Shown here: piece by piece, positions 1 to 12,904 of the stretch
Layout of the letters: the number at the start of each line of letters is the position of its first letter
How positions within the stretch are numbered: the first letter of the stretch is position 1
Source: Paragordius varius
Taxonomy: Eukaryota > Animalia > Nematomorpha
NCBI GenBank assembly: GCA_964247055.1
Contig: OZ176051.1
Span: 6,882,001-6,946,000, forward strand
Direction of reading: 5' to 3'
DNA: 64,000 nucleotides
Translations under genes and position numbers: made by a program
Notes under the pieces: model-generated
What the model was told of the DNA's origin: nothing
The model's database searches: none
Seen by the model: only the letters and a program-made list of their open reading frames with translations

Positions 1-530
1 TAATTGTGAAAAAAATGTTTTATATAATATTTATATTTTCATACCGTTTCCCGCATAGTGTAAAAATACGAAATTAACACTAATGCTCATTCCATAAAAA
101 CAAAGTAAGTGTCTCTTATCAAATAATGAAATCGCATATCTGGGCTTTGAATTTTAAGAAAAATAACCAATTTTGACGGGTTGCAATAAGATTAGGCTTA
201 AACAATATTATGCTATTCACATTTATATATTAATTTAAACCATGTATATAGAGATTTTGATTATATAAATTGGATATTTCATTTAAAAGCCCGAAAACCA
301 AAAGCACCATATATTTTATGGAATTTGTATTAATAATGCGATATGTTATATTCTATGATTGCTCCGAAGATATTCGATTTTCAGTTTACCTTTTGAGCAC
401 TCTCTATAGTATTTTCAAAAATTTGTATCAGCATCCTATATAGAATCGGCGAACTTAATTGTTGGACCGCCTTAATGCTTGAATATATGGTCAAATATCT
501 AGGCGTTAATTAAAAAATTGTTTAAAATAC

Positions 531-3500
531 TTTTAAAATTGGTTGTGGAAGAACATGCGAAGGGCGCAAAGTTTCCATTTTGATAAATACATCGTCTAAT
601 TGTCCAATAGTTCCATAATCATCATTGGACGTTACTTTTCTTATACCAATCGTGGTAACATTTGGATGAACATCTACATAGAACTTCATATATAAAATTA
701 TATTGTTAAAATATTACTTAGAAACAATTTCATCCTAAAACTAAAACGACCAGGAATCGGAACAATAACAAACCTTCCCGTTCTTATACATTTTAAAACC
801 CAAATGATTTTCCAGTTCCAGCAGACATTTGCTAAAATGTTTTGGTTTCGTTTCCTTTTGTGTTTATGTGGTTTTGAATTTCAATATTTTAATATTTACA
901 TTATAATATTTTTTATAGAAAGAAAAAAAATGAGCTATAAAAATTCTTATTTTCTCTAAAAAATCTAAGAAACAGTATTTATATGGTTTAAAAAAATATA
1001 TAAAAAATTCATATGGCTGAAAAAAATATCAGGGTTGTGATACGTCGTTATATGGATCAGTCATTTAGGGAAGTTATAATGATTCAACGTCTGTAACTAG
1101 CTAACTTTAAGCCAGTTGGTAGAAACTAAAATTAAGTTAAAATTTATAAATTTAAAAAAAACATGCAAAAAAGTCAATATTGTGCGATAGGTTTAAATGC
1201 TTGATCATAAGATAAAAATAAATATTTTTAAAAAACGCTTGCATAGTTTGCTTTATTCTTCTGCCTTTTATTATTATTTTCTGTCTAGTTTAATTAAAAA
1301 ATTAGGTTATAAATATGATATCACTACGACCTGGTAATATCCCTGCCAATGATATTTTAAAAAAGTATTACATTTATATTTCTGTATGTATTCAACAGAA
1401 AATTGTTAGGGAATACATTTCCTCTTAATACCAATTTCGTAAAATGGCTTATGATATATTACTTTATACAAAATATAATTCAATGCCGAAAAAAATTAAA
1501 ATTATTCAATATAATATACATTTGCAAAGTTTTGAGAACAAATTAATATGGTATTAAAAATAATTGGCACCATCAATGTATGTTTAAAAGATGTCACAAT
1601 ATATTCAATTCTCTAAACGTGCAATAGCTTATAAATTTTAACACTTTGATTCATATTGGGGTATCTAAATACCCCAGACTAAATTTGAGTTGGGATACTA
1701 CTGAAGTAAACGGTCCCAATTTAAATTTATGCGTCTATCCTAATAAAAATTATATAAATATGCCAAAATATCTAAATAAAATTTTGTTTTGAAAAAAAAG
1801 TTCCATGTCAAACTACTTCGACGCCATTTTTATTTTACAAAATTTTTGCAAAATATCGTCTTCATTTTTTAGGGGTAAAATTAAAGCTATTTTTTTATTT
1901 AAATTATATTTATATTTGATAGAAATAGAAAAAGCGATTTATTTTGTATTATTTGTCAATTTTACCATTGCACACATGTCTCGTGACTAAATTTTACCTT
2001 TCAGTTATACCTTAAAATAAGTGATATCAAATATTTTTGAATAAATTATTTTACATATTTTGGTTTATTAATGCTATATAAGTGCAAAATTTTGCAATGG
2101 TTTCGATTCTTTCCATATTTTTTAAAGAATTTAATTTTAAACACAATTTAAATCGAAGGATTAAAAGAATGTATTGTATCCAAGTGTTAAGCTAAAAAAA
2201 AATTTAAAACAATAACTCGATCTGTTTTGTCATAGGCGTGTCTGAAAACCGATTTTATCTGGAATTTTATATGAGCATATTAGATTAAAAAATTTAACGC
2301 TCTTATAATACCTATTAATAAACAATGTCCCTAAGCTCTTTCAAATTTATTACACTATCACTTGTTTTTGATTTTACCTAAATATGGAAATATTACCATA
2401 TTTTATTATAATACACTGTTTCGCTTCATGACAGTCTAAAACGGAGAGCATGAGGTCTATAATTTCAGAGTGTATCGCACATATACATTTATTCAAATTC
2501 ACCCTCGATCAATTCGAATTCCCCCTTGAACAATTCAAATTCATCCTAAAAATTTATGTGTTTCGGGCTAACTCATCATAAATATGAAATATATTTTTAT
2601 GGAATAATTTATTATTTTTTTAGTATTATATTAATTTTGAACAAAATTTAATTTTTTAAAAATATAAAAAAATATAGGTAATTTTTATTAAAAAAACACA
2701 TAATTTATTATAGGGTAAATTGAATTGTTCAAGGGTGAATTGAATTGTTCAAGGGTGAATTTAAATTGTTCAAGGGTGAATTTGAGCTGTAAATAGTATA
2801 TTAAATGGCGTAAAAAATTTATTTATCCCCACACAAGCCGCATGCATCCCTAAAAAGGCTTATTACGACCCTGAATTTTCATGTTATAAATCTTGACTTT
2901 AAATATTTGCTTATGTGTAAAGCAGCTATGCAAACAATTTTTGTCGGTATATGGCGCATGAAACAAAAAAATATTTTGTTAGGATCTTCAAAACTTTTTG
3001 GTGATAAAAGGAATTATAATTTTCAATAACATTGTATGCATAAATATGTAGATTAATTATAATTTTTAAGATTTATAGGTTATACTCATTACTTAAATTA
3101 TATAAATATAAAGTAGATCTTACATCTAAATTGAATATATTTTTCAATGATCTAAACTTGCTATAATCGTCAGGAAACAATGTATATATCATGTCAAAAC
3201 TAGGTATATCAAATGGATTGCTTTCAAACCGTTGAGAAAATATTGCTTCTATATTGTTTCCGGACCATGTGAGTGGTATGTTCAACAAAGAACTAAATCA
3301 AAAAATGTAATCATCGTTGGTTTTAAATCGGACTGCTACGATTGCATTCTTGACCATGACCGGCATTCGAAAACCAGTAAAATATATAAATATATTTTAA
3401 GCGCGTGATTAATATGTATGAAAAAATTAGGTTTCTTACACAATTGTGTTATCAATTTTTGTTGATAAATATCGCTTATAGTAGCTAAAAAAAGTGTTAC

Positions 3501-4749
3501 AGCAATCGAAGTAGTTCCTATACGGTTAGAACCGGAACTGACCTCGTTACTAATAAATTGAAACTCAACCGGGGTGGTTATTAAACATGTGGAACTGGAA
3601 CCGGGTTGGTTCCTTAAAAATTTAACAATTCTAGAACCGGTTCTCAACATTTGGAACCGGTTCCATTTTAGTTGTAGACTTTGTACTAAATAATAGTAAA
3701 TTAAATTATAATTTATTGGAAAAATTAAATAGCCAAATGCCTAAGTTGCCAAGATAGGTAACAAGTGTATTTGTATTAACTATCGCATCTATGCTCTTTA
3801 TTTACAAATTTAATCGTCTAATTACTTTTCAGATCTGTAAATAAAATTTAGAGTGGAATTCATGTTGGGTACCGTAATTTGTAGAGTTAACGCAATCTTA
3901 AAAAATCAGTTTGAAGACTTTAAGCGGCCTTTAAACCGCGGTTTGAGTACCACTGAAATATAGTGTGCTCATTTTCCCGTGATAATTTATTTTATACACG
4001 ATATTTATGGTTTTTATCAAAGGTTTAAAATGAAAGTTCCGACTCAAATATCACCTTACAAGTGTTTAGTGTTATATGCTAACTCCGTTTCTGTTCAAAT
4101 ATGATTAGACCGTTCTACCTGATATACAGAAATAAAAACTTTTGGGTAAATTATTTTGGGAAATACTAAAATTTTGATCTTTTATTGTAAGAATTTGTTT
4201 TACGGAGAAAAATAAGGTTGGGATTCATATTTTTTGAATATAAATTTTGTTTTTTACGGTGTTAAAGGGTTAATTATATGTTTTGTTACCAGTGTAATAA
4301 CGTCTACAAGCTAATTTTGCACTGAGCCAATATTTTAAAATCCAAAAAAAACTTTTACCGAATTTATTAGGTAATTTTGATTTCATTATAATCTGATATT
4401 TGCATTTTAGAAGCCTCAAAATTATAGAAGTTCATTAAACACAATCGTATAAATTTTTTGGTTACACTTAAAGATTCTGTAAAAATTAACTGTTTAAATA
4501 AATAATTTCAATAGCTTTGCGACCCCCAAATTATCTTGGCAACTTTATCCAAAAATACTAAATTGGAATTATATTTCCAAAAAATTAACAGACTATGGTA
4601 TTTGTCAGTTCGTATAAATACCTATTTATATTCTCACATGTTCTAAACTTTGGATTAGTCATATTGCATAAATATTGTAAAGAATAAGCCCGATTATACC
4701 GGAATAAAAAGAAGCAAAATGAATAATATTTAAATATGGTACTGACCAT
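531..4749 (-). CDS. Unidentified putative secreted protein, family copy A (3' part unresolved, possibly degenerate)
   Basis: Exons 4749-4622, 3292-3124 and 683-531 join in compatible phases (2, 0) to give MVSTIFKYYSFCFFLFRYNRAYSLQYLCNMTNPKF...IPLTWSGNNIEAIFSQRFESNPF...FYVDVHPNVTTIG...LPQPILK. All three exons align with exons of copy B at 12905-16347. Downstream, a 32-nt GT-AG intron (499-530) leads into a phase-0 frame with stops. Confidence 0.6.
1642..2186 (+). mobile_element. TTAA-flanked piggyBac-like MITE (family PB)
   Basis: TTAA at 1638-1641 and 2187-2190. Ends CACTTTGAT.../...ATCCAAGTG. Similar copies at 10321, 21738, 32073, 33219 and 59461. Confidence 0.85.
2482..2800. mobile_element. 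TA-flanked MITE with ~21-bp subterminal tandem repeats (family R21-b)
   Basis: TIRs built of AATTCAAATTCACCCTTGAAC-like units. Other copies at 29632, 38069 and 58908. Confidence 0.8.
3510..3665. repeat. Cluster of GAACCGG/GGAACC motifs, probable TE relic
   Basis: Several AGAACCGG(A/T) and GGAACCGGTTCC motifs in 150 bp. Element ends not defined. Confidence 0.3.
3924..3955 (+). mobile_element. Isolated 3' end of a hAT element
   Basis: GCGGCC...CCGCGGTTTGAGTACCACTG resembles the right end of the hAT element at 36170-36199. Confidence 0.45.
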
Positions 4750-5245
4750 AATATATAAAAAATATTTTATATCGTAAATTAAAAAACGATTTTGTGCTTC
4801 ACTTGAAATAAATGTTTTGTGTTATCCTTGCTGATTTAGCAGAAACATCTTATCTAATATCTATAAAATATTCCAAATAAGTATTAAAAACTTTATAATT
4901 TCAATGACCCCAGCATTAAGTGTTCATAATAATGGATAGGTAGACTTTGTGTGATCATTTTATATTTTTGAATAATAAATTTATTATCGATGATACACCG
5001 TAATTTTTAGTTTTAGTTGTTCGATTTTAAAATACTTTTATTAGTAATAGTAATTACATTTAGGTCTACGAATATTGTATGTTAACAGAAGCAGTATAAA
5101 ATTATTATTATGCTAACATTTTATCACATATAACACGTGTGGCTAAGACATTTATTTCGGATAATTTTTATAACAGTTGGCTTAAAAAAAATTTCAATAA
5201 AGATGCATTGCTAAACGAACTTTTTATATTCTCTCTTATGCTCAA

Positions 5246-5855
5246 TATACCATTTGCACTTCAAGAGTGTCCTTGAACACTTCAAGTTGGTCCTTTGACT
5301 TTTTTGTTTTGTTTTTAATTATTATCAATCAAATCGTATATCATTCCTCTATTTTGTCGTTTTTAACCTATTTTCTATTATATTACACAAATTTTAAATC
5401 AATATCATCTTTTAATCAATGAGAAACCGTATTATCTTTATTAATTTCTTGAAATTATTTTGGATATTTATAAGATTTTAACACATAATTAAAAAACATT
5501 TAAGTTTTCTGGGTTATTATTATTAATTTTTTATTGAAACATTCAAAAGTTAATAATTTCGTTAAATTGGAAAAAAATAGTTTGAAATAAAAATTGGTTT
5601 TTTAACAAAAAAAATTTATTTTAATATTAATAAAATATACAATATATAAAGAAAATTAGGTTTATAAATAATAAAATAAAAAAATATAGGCAAAAATTAT
5701 GGTTAAATCAAAATCTAAAAATTTTAAGGACCTTGAAATGTTTAAGGACCAACTTGAAGTGTTCAAGGACCAACTTGAAATGTTCAAGGACCAACTTGAA
5801 ATGTTTAAAAACCAACTTGAAGTGTTAAGGACACTCTTGAAGTTCAAATGGTATA
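5246..5855. mobile_element. TA-flanked MITE with 21-bp subterminal tandem repeats (family R21-a)
   Basis: TIR TATACCATTTGCACTTCAAGAGTGTCCTTGAACAC... / ...ACACTCTTGAAGTTCAAATGGTATA. About five 21-bp units (AAGGACCAACTTGAAATGTTC) at the right end. Confidence 0.8.
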
Positions 5856-6339
5856 CTCTTGGCATCGAATCGTAAAGTATACCAAGCTTTTACATAAGAT
5901 ATGGCGGACCTTACAACGTGCATATTAGAAATGGTAGCTTAGAAATTTTTATTTTTAACGCACTTTTGGTTTTTAAACATATTTACAATTTCAATCATTT
6001 TTAATTAGTTGTTGTTTAAACTTTGTTAAGCGTAATAAATTGAGGATATTTAAATCAAATAAAAATGACTGTATATAATATCAGAGCATTATATATATTT
6101 CAAAAAATATATTATTACTAAACCCAACATTTTGTTAATATCATATTAATAAATTATTTTAATGCAATAACAATAATTTACATGACGAAAATGCCATATT
6201 TTCATAAATACGAAACCTTTAATAGTCTTAACCGATCAATGTATTCAAATAAAGTTATTTTATATAAGACACCCCGTAGGAGCACCAAATTTTGAATAAA
6301 ATATAACAAATGACAAGTAGAGGAAAAGGCGTGGCTGCT

Positions 6340-8001
6340 GTAAATTGCGCTGAACGAAAAATCTTACTCCAACCTTAAAAGCTTTCGCTTAAAAAATTAC
6401 ATCCTTCCTTAAAAACGAGCAAATCGAAGCATATTTTCTTATTTCTGATTAATAATTTTAAAATGCTATAACTTGAATTAAATATATTTAATGAATGATT
6501 TCGATAAATATTTTTGTACTGGAAAAAAATCATCCAAAGATATATCTGTGCGGGTTTTAGTCCACAATCTATATATTTATATAATGGAAAATGTTGGCTT
6601 TGTGACCTGTTTCCGGAAAACCGGAAGGCCCCTTCAAATCCAAATGTCGAAAAATATAATCATTAATAAATGCCCCGACAATAGCTTCGCCCTTTTTTGA
6701 ATTAGGCCCTTAGTTCACGCCCACCCAGTGTAAAAAGCGGTTTTTTTAAAAAAACCACAAAAATCGTGTCTTTGAGACAATTTTCCGGAAAATATGATTT
6801 TTTTACTTTTTTTCTATTGCGCCGAACATAGTCGGCTCGGTTTTTTAATTTACAACCTCTTTTTACCCACTCTTCCCGTAAAATGCCATTTTTTCAAAAA
6901 AAACCACAAAAATATTTTTTTAAATCTATTTTTTGCCCAAAGTATGAGACCGTAATTCAATGAGGATTTCAGGTATCCCCTATTAAAAGGGAAAAATTTT
7001 AGCGTTTCTTTTATATTGGCTGCTGGGTAAGGAGACACCCGCTAAAAACTTCCCCGTTATAGAAACGTGCTTTTGGGGCTAAATTTCAGCCAATCAGGCA
7101 GAGTTAAATAGCTGCTTAAAATATTACCCGTAACAGGGCAAAAATTTAAGTGGAGCGGTTTTTTAAAGCCGTTAATTAGGCCATTTACGCCCTAAAAAAT
7201 GGGCTATCATTGAACTATTATTTAGTTTTGAGTTATTTTTCCAAAAACCATTTAAAACTCGAATGAATAATGATTCAAGGTACCATATAAAGGCAAATGT
7301 TTGGCACGCTTTTTTATACCTGCCTCTGGGTCCACTATGTAAATTGCGTTGTTTTGGAGTTAATTTGCAGAGAATTATGAAGCCATAAGAGCTCATTAAA
7401 AGTTTGAAATGACCCGTAACTAGGTAAAAATCAAGGTCAGACGCTTATTCTACTAGCCATCAAGGGGCCTTTATGCCCTTAAAATACGCCATCATATAAC
7501 GATTATTTAGTGTTAAGGTATTTTTTTGAATAACCCATGAGACGATGGTATCAAAGACGATTCCAAATATTTGCCCTATAAAGGCAAAGTATTTAGCTCG
7601 GCGCTTTTTTCCATATAGGTCTATGGGTAGAAGTCTACCAGTTTAAAACTGAGATCCAAAAATGGCGTGGTTTTGGAGGCTTATTTTCAAAAAACTTAAG
7701 AAGCCATACGAGTCCAATATAAACTTTAAATAATACCCATAAAAAGGTAAAAATTATAGTATAGCGGTTTTTCCGTTAGCCGTCAATTTGGGTCCTTCAT
7801 CTAGTAAATAATATATTAGTATGATTGCACAATTTTGATTCTATGAAGCACCGTTTTGAAAATCATATGAGATCATAACTATTAAATTTTTTGAAATAAT
7901 CCACATATATGAATCATATTGTTTATCCCTTTTTTCAAATGGCGCCACCGCACCCCAAGAAGTCCGAGGGACTTTCTCCCAGCCCGAGATTTACGCGCTA
8001 G
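6340..8001 (+). mobile_element. Possible non-autonomous Helitron-like element (5' boundary approximate)
   Basis: Higher-GC block with degenerate ~290-320-bp internal direct repeats (CCCGTAAC at ~7128 and ~7413, CCCATAAA at ~7736). It ends with hairpin AAGTCC-GAG-GGACTT (7960-7974) and CTAG|T (7998-8002). Confidence 0.4.
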
Positions 8002-8528
8002 TATAATATAATAACAATATAAAATACTTATTTCTATGGTTAACTTAAAATTAGGCGGCTTATTTTAGGTTTTAGAAAAATTGTTTAAGAGTTTGGTGTT
8101 TAGAGGTGTATATTAGTGAGATTGAACTCAGTGGTATAAAAAAGTGTGCGCAAAAAATAATAACATTTATTTAAAAAGAGTCCGCAGTTTTAACTGCTTC
8201 AAAAATCATTTTTCGTTATTTTTATTCTTGTAAAAAGGCCCATTTTTGTAAAAATTAGGGGTTATTGATGAAAAATGCCAATGAGTATGGCAAAATATCA
8301 TTGATTAAGTATTTGAAGAAACGATACGTTAAAAAAACAATATAATGATAATAATTTATTTAAAATGGTGTAATAATAATAATAATATAATAAAAACATA
8401 TTTTATATCGTCTTACAATACTAGAAAACTATGTAAAAATAATATATATATATACAGAATATAGTATCAAAAATAATGCGTTTGTTTAAAACGCAATATC
8501 TAAAAAATTACTAACTACGGAAACATTA

Positions 8529-10250
8529 TCACAAGTAATATGCTTTGTGAACGGCGGATACATCACTTAACCCATAACCCAAATTTTTGGCCCGTTTAAA
8601 GACTTCATTCGTGGTTGCTAGCAAAGGGCTCGGTTGATTCGTAAGATCGGCCATATCAAGCAATAATTTTACATCTTTTTGTTGGTGTTGCAATAAAGCA
8701 AGATTGGGTAGGAATATGCCTTCAGTTATATCCCGACCCACTTGTCGTATCAAAGGACAATCCATTTGACTCATCTGTAGGATGGATGTAAAATCTCCCA
8801 AATTAATACCACATCGTTCAGCTAGGCTGAGCGTTTCTGCCGTTTGGGCTACGAGAATGGCTTGCATCCCTTTAAGCAGTAGGCTGAGTTTAATGGCACT
8901 GGGCGTTACCTTACCAAGGTATACAGTTTGACCGAGTAGCGTTAACGTGGATTCAACTTTGGCATAATTTTCATGATTATCTCCGCCAGAAACTAAAACG
9001 ATATGAGTATTTGAATCGGACGTTATATTCGATAATGATGAAGAAGATAAAACAGCAGCTTTAATTGGTGATTGTGGTGTAGGATAACCAATGTGTTGAT
9101 TAGTTATCATTTTGTTTTGGTGATTAGTAGAGGTTGGTATCAATTGAACTTCCATGTAAACGGCTTGATGAGAATTGATAACTTCGCTGAGATCAGTGGA
9201 TACGCGTTCAGTTGAAATGGTACAATTGAGAATAATTTTACCTTGGCAAAGGTTGCGAATCACATCATCAGTTAAAAGTAGTTTCCGAAGTACAATATGA
9301 TCGGATAGGCAAAAGAAAATCAAATCGCAACATTCGATAATGTTAGCAATGGTATCAATAGATGTAGCTCCAGCTTTAACCAAATCATGGCATTTTGATT
9401 GCGTTCTATTCCAAATTTTAACCTGTCGACCGGCATTTAGAAATGTATTGGTTAATTGGGTACCAATATGACCCCCTGCACCCACTATACCAATTATTAG
9501 GGTTCGAGATTCAATACTTTTAGGTTTAACAAGTGATAGGATATCATTAGGTATGGAATCTTTAATAATGGTTGTTGATGTTTGATGATTTACATTAATC
9601 ATGGGCGAATCAAAATTTACTTCATTACTAGTTGGTTTCTTAAAATAACGTTCGCTAAACTTTAGAGATTTAGTATCAACATTATTCGTAAAATTTTGTT
9701 CTTTCTTCGTTTTTTTAGAAAATGAACCTGTTTTAATGAGTTTCCTTTTTGATGTTTCAGAGCCATTAGAATATGAAAGATTATCTTTGCTAGAATCAGA
9801 AGAAAAACCGTTGGTTTCCGCATGATCTCCATTAGGTACTTTCACTTTATTATTAAATATGGTATTCAACTCTTCTTCAATGGAGGGAAGCGAAACATTT
9901 TTAGCATACGAGGTAAAATCTGTTATATCTATTTCACCTTTTTTATCGGCAAGTAAAAAATCTTTGTAAAGTTTATCTGCCTCAATAATAGCTTCTTTTA
10001 AAGCTGCTGGCATATGCTTTTTACCTGTTAAAACACCATTCACTTCTTTATTTTTCGCATATTCTGATATAGAATCTTCAGCTATCCAAGCATAATTTTT
10101 GCTACCATAAAAGTATATGCAATGAAAGACTTTTTTATTTGCCATACTTGGTTTTTTAATAGATTGTGGTGGATTTGAACAAATATAACCGGGCCAAGGT
10201 GGGAATCCTTTCATTTTAGCCCATACCATATCGCCACCCTTGTAGGCCAT
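8529..10250 (-). CDS. GLYR1: GLYR1/NPAC/NP60-like: PWWP domain plus beta-hydroxyacid (6PGD-like) dehydrogenase domain, single exon, 573 aa
   Basis: N-terminal GDMVWAKMKGFPPWPG PWWP motif, a low-complexity linker, then a Rossmann fold (IGIVGAGGHIG...VKIWNRTQSKCHDLVKAGA...CDLIFFCLSD) and helical C-domain (AETLSLAERCGI...QQKDVKL). Confidence 0.92.
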   Translation of the reverse strand: MAYKGGDMVWAKMKGFPPWPGYICSNPPQSIKKPSMANKKVFHCIYFYGSKNYAWIAEDSISEYAKNKEVNGVLTGKKHMPAALKEAIIEADKLYKDFLLADKKGEIDITDFTSYAKNVSLPSIEEELNTIFNNKVKVPNGDHAETNGFSSDSSKDNLSYSNGSETSKRKLIKTGSFSKKTKKEQNFTNNVDTKSLKFSERYFKKPTSNEVNFDSPMINVNHQTSTTIIKDSIPNDILSLVKPKSIESRTLIIGIVGAGGHIGTQLTNTFLNAGRQVKIWNRTQSKCHDLVKAGATSIDTIANIIECCDLIFFCLSDHIVLRKLLLTDDVIRNLCQGKIILNCTISTERVSTDLSEVINSHQAVYMEVQLIPTSTNHQNKMITNQHIGYPTPQSPIKAAVLSSSSLSNITSDSNTHIVLVSGGDNHENYAKVESTLTLLGQTVYLGKVTPSAIKLSLLLKGMQAILVAQTAETLSLAERCGINLGDFTSILQMSQMDCPLIRQVGRDITEGIFLPNLALLQHQQKDVKLLLDMADLTNQPSPLLATTNEVFKRAKNLGYGLSDVSAVHKAYYL

Positions 10251-10320
10251 AGCGCAAATAATAATCAGATGTTAAAATAAATTTTGTTGCAAATAGAATA
10301 ATAACGTATGATAGATATAT

Positions 10321-10840
10321 GGATACAAAACATCCACAATCCCAATTCAAATTGGGGTAGATGGATACCTAGTTCTGTTTAAAATATAATAAAAGAGTTA
10401 AAATTATGGCAGAAGTTTTTTATATAACATAATATACCAAAATAAAAAACATATTCAAAAATACTTAATATTAATTTTAAGGTAAATTGGTCGACATGAC
10501 ATGTGTGCATGAAATATACTTAAAATAATACAAATAAAACCATAAAACCACTTTATCTGTTTCTATCAATGTTAGACGAGATTTAAAGAACAATTAGCTT
10601 TAATTTTAGCTTTAAATTTTAATAAAACGATATATTGCAAAAATGTTGTAAAATAACAATGGCGTCAAGGTAGTTTGATATAGAAAAACAAAATCCATTA
10701 ATTATTTCGCCTTATTTATATTATTTTTATTAAGATAGAAACATAAATTTATATTGGGAGCGTTTCTTTCAGTAGTTTTGTAAAAATATCAACTTAGATA
10801 TAGCCTGGGCTAAGTAAATACCCTGTTTAAAATCCAAGTG
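10321..10840 (-). mobile_element. Diverged copy of MITE family PB immediately upstream of GLYR1
   Basis: GGATACAAAA...ATTCAAATTGGGGTAG at the left, internal ATGGCGTCAAG.TAGTTTGA block, AATCCAAGTG at the right. No intact TTAA. Confidence 0.7.
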
Positions 10841-10882
10841 TATATCAGTCTGTATTCGTCATACGGTTTTATTAAGATTATA

Positions 10883-11950
10883 CAGTGTCCACAAAAAATA
10901 TCCAAATCAAATATATATTTTAAAAAATGATCAGGGTATGAGGGTAGTTTTGATATTGGTCCTTACGAGTGGTTTAAAAAGTTATATACACTTTTATGTT
11001 CTGCTCCTATCATAAAATACCAAAATTTGAGCTATTTTTTTAAATATTTTTCCTGAAAGGTTAATGCCTCATTCCAAAAATTATTATTAAAATATATAAT
11101 ATGATACATATTAAAGGCGATACAATATTTTTATAAAGGTATTATAGTGGGCTCCAAAAGTCCCATTTTTTGCCCTTCTATAGGCTATTCTATTAAAGTA
11201 AAAGCAAAAATGTGGGGATTGCTGGATATTAATATATGATTTTTTCCTCAAAAAGGTTATTCCGGGTTTTTTGTTAAATTTTATTTTCAGAAAAATTTAA
11301 TGAAAAATATTGAAGCGTCCATCATCCCATTTCGACCATGAAGGAAATGGGTATATCATTCGAGGATGGCGAGTATTTTTATCACTTATGTTAAATAAAT
11401 ACGTTTTATGCAAATTCACCCAAATTTAAAACAAAATTTTTTAAATATAATATCTGATGTTTTAGACAAGGTCTATATCATCGTTGATAATAGCAGTTTT
11501 ATAATTATTTAAAGCGTTTTTATACCATTTCCATCATGGTTCAAAATAGTTATCAACGACGCTTCAACAAAATTATATGAGTTTTATTTTAAAGCAAAAG
11601 TCCTCTTTTTTCTTACAAAAATGTTCTTTGAACTCAAAATTTAGCCATTTATAACTCTTATCGCGCAATGACATTTATGTGTTTATTTTAAAAGAATTAG
11701 ACCATTTTAGAAGGGTAAAAATCGCTTTGTATTTTTTAATGAAGGTAGGTGTTAAATAAGGAAGTGCAAAGAATTATATCTCCCCAAGGGCGCCAGAGTT
11801 ATTTTACGACTCTTATCTCTAAAAAAATTTCAAAATAGTTAAGGCTTTATAACCTTTTTATTTTACGCGATGACATTTTGGGGTATTTTTCTATAAAGCT
11901 TAGTAAACAACTGAAAGTTGTTTTGGTTAAAATTCAATGATCAAACCCTC
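10883..11950. mobile_element. Old long-TIR (TA|CAGTGTCCACAAAA) MITE/foldback family, right end approximate
   Basis: The start motif is shared with 57766. The first ~350 bp resemble 31700-32060, 57820-58030 and the reverse complement of 15900-16165. Internal inverted repeats at ~11308-11356 / 11520-11570. Confidence 0.45.
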
Positions 11951-12904
11951 TTTTCTAGTATTGATCAAAAAGTTTTAGATTTTTGCATTTTTTTGACTTC
12001 TAGCCCATCATATCTCCAAAACACGATAGAAACGAACAATGATTTAAAATCGATAAGTATCGAAAATGTTCTGGTAAATTGCAATATTTTTCAAAGTTAT
12101 ATTTATATTTTTACACCATAATATACATTTATTAGTCTGTTATTACAATTAAAAAATTATTGGATGGCGGCCAAAAAGTTTATGATGAAGACAATTTTAT
12201 ATTTTATTAAAAAATTTAATCTTAGTTTGAGTTTTTATGAGCTTGGCGATAGAGTATTGAATTAATGACTAATGTATGAGAAACTAGAATTTTATATAAA
12301 TTTCACCGAATTTGATTGTTCTTTCAGAAAATATTTGTTTTCGTTTAAATTAAATACAAAGAATATTATTATATATTCATTATCAAAATTTATACAGCGC
12401 GGTGTTTTTGAAGATTGGATTACATAAATTAAAATATGTCAATACATCAAAAATTTATATAGGTGCATAGTATAAAAAACTAAAATAGATATTTAGAAAG
12501 ATATATTTCAAGCAAAAAAACTGAATTTGAATTCCAATATGCATATGGATCAATTATAACCATTATTCCTAAAGCAAACAGTATACTTATACCAAGTTTA
12601 TACTAGAATATGTATGGGCAGTTGTCATATATTTGTGTCTCAAATTGTCAAAGTATATGTGTTTGATACAATACATCTTTTTGTCAATCTTATTAATTTA
12701 CAAATTTTATCATTCATCTTTGCTCAAAATATATTTAAATTTATTTATCTGACATATTTAATTGTATTTTAAGGCTATATACCTTCACGTAATATCTTTA
12801 ACGATAATGTAAAATTTGTTGAATCAGCAAGGTTGAAAATAAATGTTTTATTAGAGAGCACACCTTTTAAATATTGTTTATTTATTAAATATTTATCTTT
12901 TATA

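Noticed and set aside
1805-1990. 61-aa plus-strand ORF
   Set aside because: Lies wholly inside a PB MITE; the frame is not preserved in other copies.
3336-3650. 104-aa minus-strand ORF inside gene A intron 1
   Set aside because: Overlaps the GAACCGG motif cluster and has no protein-like signal; probably a TE relic.
5729-5845. CRISPR-like array / 67-aa ORF with SWSLNIS repeats
   Set aside because: The units are contiguous 21-bp tandem repeats with no spacers and form one arm of a MITE TIR. The ORF is read-through of that repeat in a eukaryotic context.
8529-10250. Bacterial contamination or horizontal transfer of an intronless dehydrogenase
   Set aside because: The PWWP fusion is the eukaryotic GLYR1 architecture, base composition matches the host, and host repeats flank it.
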